Shown in pieces: positions 8,120-13,813 of a stretch of 13,813 bases of DNA. Within the stretch, counting starts at the first letter, position 1. Each line of letters starts with the position of its first letter. The DNA is from Chlamydiota bacterium. Lineage in GTDB: Bacteria > Chlamydiota > Chlamydiia > Chlamydiales > SM23-39. The position numbers and the translations under genes were made by a program. The notes below the pieces were generated by a model that saw only the letters and a list, made by a program, of their open reading frames with translations, was not told the origin of the DNA and made no database searches. The DNA lies in the NCBI GenBank assembly GCA_048498835.1, contig JBEHXF010000047.1, forward strand, positions 1 through 13,813, written 5' to 3'.

Positions 8120-8806
8120 ATGGGTAGGGTTATGAGTTCAAAATTGATCTTGATGCGACATGGTCAGTCTGTGTGGAATAAAAAAAATCTTTTCACAGGC
8201 TGGGTCGATATTCCGTTGAGTGAAGAAGGAATTCGGGAATCGGTTGAAGGGGGTAAAAAAATCGCCTCTATTCCCATCGACATCGCCTATACCTCGACCC
8301 TTATCCGCGCTCACATGACCCTAACTTTAGCGCTCCTTCATCACGAAAGCGGCAAAATCCCCGCCTTCCAACACCCAGGGCAGGGAAAGCTCGAAAGCTG
8401 GAGCCAAGTGTATAGTGAAACAGCGAAAGAGTCGCTACTGCCCGTCTACACTGCCTGGGAATTAAATGAGCGGATGTATGGCAAGCTACAAGGCTTAAAC
8501 AAGGCAGAAACAGCTAAAAAGTATGGAGATGAACAGGTGCATGTTTGGCGCCGCAGCTTCGACGTTGCTCCTCCGGAAGGAGAGAGCCTTGAAATGACCG
8601 CAGCCCGAACCATTCCCTATTTTCAAAAAAATATTATACCCCATCTCGAAAGAGGGCAGAATGTATTCATTGCTGCGCACGGCAATTCTCTCCGCTCGAT
8701 TTTGATGTACATGAAGAATTTAAGTCCTGAGGAAGTGACCCGCTTAGAACTCGCTACCGGCAATCCGCTCATCTATACCTACGATCGAGGCAAATGGTCT
8801 ACCTAG
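8120..8806 (+). CDS. gpmA: 2,3-bisphosphoglycerate-dependent phosphoglycerate mutase (true start may be ATG at 8132)
   Basis: LILMRHGQSVWN...FTGWVD, ELNERMYG.LQGLNK, WRRSFDVAPPEGESL, AAHGNSLRS. A G-rich SD-like run GGGTAGGG precedes ATG 8132. Confidence 0.95.
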   Translation: MGRVMSSKLILMRHGQSVWNKKNLFTGWVDIPLSEEGIRESVEGGKKIASIPIDIAYTSTLIRAHMTLTLALLHHESGKIPAFQHPGQGKLESWSQVYSETAKESLLPVYTAWELNERMYGKLQGLNKAETAKKYGDEQVHVWRRSFDVAPPEGESLEMTAARTIPYFQKNIIPHLERGQNVFIAAHGNSLRSILMYMKNLSPEEVTRLELATGNPLIYTYDRGKWST

Positions 8807-9873
8807 ATAACCACACTTCTACAAAACCTTGCGGCTCCGCCTTAGATATGCTCAAAGAAGAGTATGCAGGCTCATTGGAATCGCGCTATCAACGGTTATA
8901 TGATCTGGTCGGTGCTGATGCAAAGGACACCTTTGTTTTCACCTCATCTGGCGCAGAAGCGATCAATCAGGTCCATTGGAGCGCCTTTTTAGAAATCGCG
9001 CGCAAAGAGGGCAAGTGCCACTTCATCACCTCGGCAATTGAAGACGCCCCAACTGTCCAATCATTAAAACGACTGGAAGATCTGGGATGTTTTGTCAAAA
9101 TCGCACCTGTCGACCCACAGGGAAAGATCGATGTAGCCAAGCTCGCTGAACTGATTGGCCCGCGCACAGCCATGATCTCAATCGGTTGGGTCCAAGGCTT
9201 AACCGGCGTTGTCCAACCAGTTGAAGAAATCGCCGCTTTGGCAAAGGAAAAGGGCGTATTGCTCCACGTCGATGCGACGTATGCGCTCGGGAAGGTTTAC
9301 TGTTCCTTTCAAGATTTTGACTATCTCACTTTTGCAGGCGATCGGATCCATTCTGTGATAGGTTCCGGCGGTCTATTTGCAAAAGCTGGGCGCCCCCTAG
9401 TTCCTCTTATCGTCGGTGGGGGAGAACAGACCGGTTTACGTGGCGGCCCATTGGATCTACCCTCTTTTCTCGCTCTGTCTGCAGCGGCAAGCCAAGCTTC
9501 CCTCTCACAAGACTTAATGAGTTTAGAAGTGGCTCGTCTGCGCGATCACTTCGAAGCCTCTCTTCCTGAGGCAAAGCCCCTTTTCCAAGACACTCTTCGC
9601 GTGCCCAATGTATCGGTCCTTTGCTTCCCTGGGGTTCACTCTGAAATGCTCCTTTATTCGCTCCAACGCAAAGGCCTTGCTGCAACGATTGGTGGCACCT
9701 ACGCGCCTCATCTCAAGCGAGTCCTCGCCGCTTCGGGCATCGATGAACAAACGGCAATCAGCTTTGCTCTTAGCCGCTATACGACTCAAGCTGAGATCGA
9801 TCGAGCCGTCATTCTCATTCGTGAAACCATTCACTCTCTCAAAGCGCTGACAGAGGATCTCGTATGTCCCTAG
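8794..9873 (+). CDS. NifS/IscS-like class V aminotransferase-fold protein with degenerate catalytic residues
   Basis: VYLDN, FTSSGAEAIN, TGVVQPVEEI, LHVDA, GGGEQ.GLRGG and RYTTQAEID match IscS, but the SxHK lysine motif reads AGDR and the SSGSAC motif reads TIGGTY. Confidence 0.88.
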   Translation: MVYLDNHTSTKPCGSALDMLKEEYAGSLESRYQRLYDLVGADAKDTFVFTSSGAEAINQVHWSAFLEIARKEGKCHFITSAIEDAPTVQSLKRLEDLGCFVKIAPVDPQGKIDVAKLAELIGPRTAMISIGWVQGLTGVVQPVEEIAALAKEKGVLLHVDATYALGKVYCSFQDFDYLTFAGDRIHSVIGSGGLFAKAGRPLVPLIVGGGEQTGLRGGPLDLPSFLALSAAASQASLSQDLMSLEVARLRDHFEASLPEAKPLFQDTLRVPNVSVLCFPGVHSEMLLYSLQRKGLAATIGGTYAPHLKRVLAASGIDEQTAISFALSRYTTQAEIDRAVILIRETIHSLKALTEDLVCP

Positions 9874-10616
9874 CCAAATTGATCCAGCCCCCACTTCTCG
9901 AACAGTGCAGCAAAAAGCTCCGAGAAAAAATCGACAAACCCCGTTTTGTCGGCTACTTCACCGTCAAAGGAGCCGAAGAGCGGCACATGCGTCTCGTCAC
10001 AGGAAAAGAGGGGATGCTCTGTCTTTATTGGTTGGTCGATGAGGCCGATGGGATTATTTCCGATGCCAAGTTCCAAGCATTTGGCCCACCCGCTCTCGTA
10101 GCGGTTGGCGAAATCGTCAGTGAACTTGCCTTGCGCAAAAATTATGACCAAGTCTCTCGCCTCAGCGCCGATCTCATCGATCAACATGTGCGCGACCAAA
10201 AAGATAAGCCAGCCTTTCCAAAAGAGTTTTTCTCCGCTTTAAACCAAGCGATATCGGCCATCGACCGAGCGGTTTATCAATGCCTCGATATTCCCTTTGC
10301 CGCAACACACGATATCACGCCCATCGAGCATGATTTTGGCGAAATTCCAGGCGGCATCCCCGGTTGGGAGCAATTCCCAACAGAACAAAAGCGGAAAATC
10401 ATCGAAGAGGTGGTGGATAAAGAAATTCGGCCCTACGTTGAACTGGATGCAGGGGGAGTGAAGATTGTCCAATTTGAGAACGACCGAGAGATTACGATCG
10501 CTTATGAAGGCTCTTGTACAACCTGTCATTCGTCGACTGGATCGACTCTGACCGCCATTCAGAAAATATTAAAGGCCCGGGTTCACCCGAGCCTTACGGT
10601 TGTTCCTAGCCTTTAA
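9864..10616 (+). CDS. NifU-like protein: degenerate IscU-like N-domain plus C-terminal Nfu domain
   Basis: N-domain LYWLVDEADGIISDAKFQAFGP resembles IscU (...DAKFKTFGC); C-terminal IRPYVELDAGGV...YEGSCTTCHSSTGSTLTAIQKIL is a typical Nfu domain with CxxC. Overlaps the nifS-like stop. Confidence 0.9.
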   Translation: MSLAKLIQPPLLEQCSKKLREKIDKPRFVGYFTVKGAEERHMRLVTGKEGMLCLYWLVDEADGIISDAKFQAFGPPALVAVGEIVSELALRKNYDQVSRLSADLIDQHVRDQKDKPAFPKEFFSALNQAISAIDRAVYQCLDIPFAATHDITPIEHDFGEIPGGIPGWEQFPTEQKRKIIEEVVDKEIRPYVELDAGGVKIVQFENDREITIAYEGSCTTCHSSTGSTLTAIQKILKARVHPSLTVVPSL

Positions 10617-12742
10617 CGGTTAGGAAAATACTTCTTTTTCATCGCTTTGTAACCGTGGAGCTCTTGTTCCACATACATTTGATTGACTCGGGCAAACTCT
10701 CGTCTATAGCCGATCTCTTTTTGAGTTTCATAAAAATCAATCATGTCGAGAAGAGCAGGGGAGAAGTGAGTCCCTTGCACAAGAGTTTTTGCAATCACAT
10801 CAAACGAGCCGAATGCTTTTGATAGCTTATTGGTTGTAAACGTCATTTGAGGGCCAATGTGGCTGGCATCTTCTCTACAGCAAGACCACCAAGGGCGCTC
10901 GCTCACGTATTTATGGACCTTACCTCGAATCTTCGGACTATTACCCGCAACAGCTAGATCGCGCTCAGAGAGGTTAAAATCCACCGAAGAAGTGTTGTAT
11001 TCTTCGAGAGCTCTTGTGATAGCAGCTTCATCACTGAGAAGCGCCAGTTCCGGAGTTATTGCATCGGTTGGAAGCTTATACCCCTTCTTTAAGAAGGGAA
11101 GTTTTTCACGGAAATGCGATTGCATGCCTTGAACTTTCCAATATACATCAGTCAGGCGCTCTTTAAACCAGCTTAAGCGGTTATAGGCGAAAGAATTTCG
11201 ATACAAACTATTTAAAACAGTGTTGGTAAATTGAATCGTTGATCCAAATATATTTCGATCGATTTCCCAGAGTAAGCCGATTCTACCTTTACTCTCTTTC
11301 CACGAAAACTCTTTGTCTTGTATTATTGCTTTCGTTGCATTGTGCACATCCCGTCCCAAAACGGCTTTGAGCATTCCTTCTCTTTCGCTATCAAAAATGC
11401 TGCGCATCGCAATAAAGGTTGGATCGGTTGAGAAACTTCCTTTCAATTTCGCGACATCGTTAGCTGAAATCGCATCGATGTGGGAGAAGAGCCTCAAGAG
11501 CTGATTTTGATCCAGGGCTATCAGTTCTCCTTTTGCATGGGCATTGAGAAGAGCTTGCATGACGAGGAGGGCTTGGGCGCGGCTTGTCGCAGCGGTTCGG
11601 ATTCTCTCTTCATTTGGCTTTTTATTGCTTAGAGCGTGTCCATCGAATCCCTTCGTTAATTTAGCGACATACTGACCTGTTTTATCAAAGATAACCCGCT
11701 GTCTATCGCCGAAATCAATCTCATCGGTTTTCTCTATACTGGCAGTTACCGGAATTTGGTAGAGAAGGATCGAGCCTTTTTCATCTGGAATGAGCTTCCC
11801 ATTTTCGATCTTAGCGCGGACGATCGGATAGAGAGTAAGTGCTCCGCCAGCCTCTTCGACAACTTTGGTCTTCGAAAAGAACGATTTTTGAATTGATCCC
11901 TGCTTTGTTTCTTTTCCATCAAAGAGGGAACGAATGGCTTCCGGAGTAATGAGTCCTTTAGCACAAGCCAGTTGGTCGGCAGGGACTTCTGCGTAGATGA
12001 AATTCCCTTCCGCTTTGAGCAGATTCCCACCATCATGAATGCAGATCGTCTGGTCGAGTGCTGAAAAGGTTGGTGGATGAATCTTATTTTGTTTCGCCAT
12101 ATTGATTAGGCTCTGGCAAGTTCTTGTAAGAACGCTCAACGTATTCTTGTGACGGATTGCCTGATCTAAAGCGTTAGCGATAGAAGTGGTGGTATGGCCC
12201 TCTTTCTTCAGTTTTACGATTTCAGCTAAGAGATTGACAATGGTTTGGCCTTCTTTCAATGCAGCTTTAGGATTTGATTCAATTTGAGCTAATTTAGCTG
12301 TTGTTAGATCGATGAGTTTTGAGGCATCGCAAAGAAGTCTCGCTTTAGCAACCTTTACATCAATATTTAAGTCTTTAGCCATCTTTTGGGCTTCTGCATC
12401 TAAATTTTCAGACTTTTGAAATAATTTGGTCCGCGCCAGGACTAATCGGCACGTCTCTGCATCGTCGGTCATTTGCTGCATCGCATAGTTCGCTTCTGAT
12501 AAGACCCCTAACGCATACTTGGCAATACGGATCTCTTCCGGAGTTTGGAGCGAGGTAAAGTCAATTGTCGGAATCTCGTAACTTGGCTGAACTGGTTGAG
12601 CAGCAGGCTTACGGGGAAATACTCGGCCCCAAAGCGAAGAAAATAGCCCGGGTTTTGCTTCCTGTTGACAGGGAGCGGATGAAGTAAACCAGCTGGTAGC
12701 GCCAGCAACCCAATGCAAAGGATTGAATGTAGAAGCGTTCAT
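10613..12742 (-). CDS. Large hypothetical protein (709 aa), candidate secreted effector
   Basis: Long uninterrupted ORF with its own promoter and SD-like AGAGAG; Ser/Thr/Pro/Ala-rich N-terminus followed by helical, charged sequence. No family recognised. Confidence 0.75.
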   Translation of the reverse strand: MNASTFNPLHWVAGATSWFTSSAPCQQEAKPGLFSSLWGRVFPRKPAAQPVQPSYEIPTIDFTSLQTPEEIRIAKYALGVLSEANYAMQQMTDDAETCRLVLARTKLFQKSENLDAEAQKMAKDLNIDVKVAKARLLCDASKLIDLTTAKLAQIESNPKAALKEGQTIVNLLAEIVKLKKEGHTTTSIANALDQAIRHKNTLSVLTRTCQSLINMAKQNKIHPPTFSALDQTICIHDGGNLLKAEGNFIYAEVPADQLACAKGLITPEAIRSLFDGKETKQGSIQKSFFSKTKVVEEAGGALTLYPIVRAKIENGKLIPDEKGSILLYQIPVTASIEKTDEIDFGDRQRVIFDKTGQYVAKLTKGFDGHALSNKKPNEERIRTAATSRAQALLVMQALLNAHAKGELIALDQNQLLRLFSHIDAISANDVAKLKGSFSTDPTFIAMRSIFDSEREGMLKAVLGRDVHNATKAIIQDKEFSWKESKGRIGLLWEIDRNIFGSTIQFTNTVLNSLYRNSFAYNRLSWFKERLTDVYWKVQGMQSHFREKLPFLKKGYKLPTDAITPELALLSDEAAITRALEEYNTSSVDFNLSERDLAVAGNSPKIRGKVHKYVSERPWWSCCREDASHIGPQMTFTTNKLSKAFGSFDVIAKTLVQGTHFSPALLDMIDFYETQKEIGYRREFARVNQMYVEQELHGYKAMKKKYFPNR

Positions 12743-12744
12743 AT

Positions 12745-12805
12745 ATTATCTCTCTTATTATGATTATTAAGAGATAATTATATCAAATTCCTTCTATTAA
12801 GTGAA
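12745..12805 (-). promoter_or_regulatory. Sigma70/sigma66 promoter of the 709-aa gene with an overlapping inverted repeat
   Basis: Minus strand TTCACT (12805-12800), 17 nt, consensus TATAAT (12782-12777) preceded by TGn. Perfect 9-bp inverted repeat ATTATCTCT (12745-12753) / AGAGATAAT (12770-12778). Confidence 0.6.
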
Positions 12806-12823
12806 TTATATAAGTAATTTTTA

Positions 12824-13546
12824 TTATGTTTTAATATCTCCAGCGTAAATAGCGTGAATAGACTTATCTGGTAATAAAATATTTAATTGTCCGTCATTGG
12901 TAAGCGAATGGCAAATGCCTTCCCAGACCTTTTTTCCGTCAAAGCATCGAATCTGTTGACCCTTATAGGCTAATAGATGATCGAAAATCGCTCGGAAAGG
13001 GGCAAAACCCTCTTGTTTAAAACGGGATAGATCGCTCAGAAATTGTTTTTTTAGTTTCTCTAAAAAGACTTTCCGATCCCAAATTCGTCCCGTCTCAGTC
13101 TTCAGTGAGGTCGCGGGCTGATCGATCTGGTCGAGATCATCTATCTCCATATTGACATTGATGCCAATCCCTAAAAACACATCGACCATTTTTTCTGAAA
13201 AGGCCGTTTCACACAAAATACCAGCTAACTTTTTTCCACTGAGCTGCACATCATTGGGCCATTTAATTTTGGGATGGAACCCCTCTTGAATCAAAACAGA
13301 GGCGAGACTTGCCGCCATGACTTGACCAAGCGAAACCAAATGCAAGGTATTAATCGGCAGCCGAAAATAGAAAGTGACATACAGATTCACTCCTTTCGGA
13401 GAAATCCATTTTCGTTGAAATCGGCCGAGTCCTGCTGTTTGTTCGTCAGCGACGATGCATGTAATTTTTTTCTGATCAAAGCTTTTTGCATGCTGCCGCG
13501 CATACGTGTTGGTCGAATCAATCAAATCTAAATGAATTTCATCCAT
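12824..13546 (-). CDS. birA: Biotin--[acetyl-CoA carboxylase] ligase, group I (no N-terminal HTH)
   Basis: IDSTN, ADEQTAGLGRFQRKWISP, IKWPND, KKLAGILCE, GIGINVN and the C-terminal SH3-like domain ending AGDI; SD-like GGGGA upstream. Confidence 0.95.
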   Translation of the reverse strand: MDEIHLDLIDSTNTYARQHAKSFDQKKITCIVADEQTAGLGRFQRKWISPKGVNLYVTFYFRLPINTLHLVSLGQVMAASLASVLIQEGFHPKIKWPNDVQLSGKKLAGILCETAFSEKMVDVFLGIGINVNMEIDDLDQIDQPATSLKTETGRIWDRKVFLEKLKKQFLSDLSRFKQEGFAPFRAIFDHLLAYKGQQIRCFDGKKVWEGICHSLTNDGQLNILLPDKSIHAIYAGDIKT

Positions 13547-13569
13547 ATTTTCCCCAGTTTAAAACACAC

Positions 13570-13705
<136 letters not shown>

Positions 13706-13713
<8 letters not shown>

Positions 13714-13813
13714 TCGTGCCCGTGCCCGTGTGCGTGCCCGTGCCCGAATTTAGCGAGCTTTGAGACATTTTTGTTAACATAGAAACGATCCGCAACAACA
13801 GCAGCCGACTCTC
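13706..13813 (-). CDS. 3' end of a probable four-helix-bundle protein (23S rRNA IVP/bAvd-like, TIGR02436 type); begins beyond the window
   Basis: Translation ...ESRLLLLRIVSMLTKMSQSSLNSGTGTHTGTGTNA*. The LLxRIVSMLTKM helix resembles the last helix of this family; recognition rests on ~35 aa only. Confidence 0.55.
13715..13744. repeat. Hexamer tandem array (CGTGCC)2-CGTGTG-(CGTGCC)2
   Basis: Read directly; again bracketed by ATTCG...CGAAT. Confidence 0.97.

Noticed and set aside
8794..10616. Nitrogen fixation locus suggested by nifS/nifU names
   Set aside because: No nitrogenase genes are present; these are general Fe-S-related homologs and are degenerate.
12824..13546. BirA GRGR motif reading GLGR as a sign of inactivation; BirA as repressor of the adjacent dyad
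   Set aside because: The key second Arg, KWPND and the catalytic Lys are retained, and the protein lacks the N-terminal HTH needed for DNA binding.

Overview
Ordinary-looking core chromosome of an environmental Chlamydiae bacterium, inferred from the hemH-fliY adjacency, the DUF47-PiT pair, the rluB/gpmA/nifS/nifU/birA neighbourhood and the chlamydial-type GpmA insertion. In order: 5' end of ferrochelatase (-), a lipoprotein amino-acid ABC substrate-binding protein (+), a 496-aa glycine-zipper membrane orphan (-), glycogen phosphorylase (-), a ~167-bp imperfect palindromic MITE-like element, a PiT phosphate transporter and DUF47 (-), an RluB-like pseudouridine synthase (-), gpmA-nifS-nifU (+), a 709-aa orphan (-), birA (-), and at the right edge a 124-bp tandem duplication with (CGTGCC)n arrays that encodes what looks like the C-terminus of a four-helix-bundle protein. 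Most notable: (1) the NifS homolog lacks its PLP lysine and catalytic cysteine, and the partner NifU N-domain lacks its cluster cysteines, so the pair looks like a co-degenerated pseudoenzyme module; (2) the hexamer-repeat/four-helix-bundle element beside birA; (3) the palindromic element that supplies the pit stop codon; (4) two effector-like orphans; (5) several promoters only 6-11 nt upstream of start codons.
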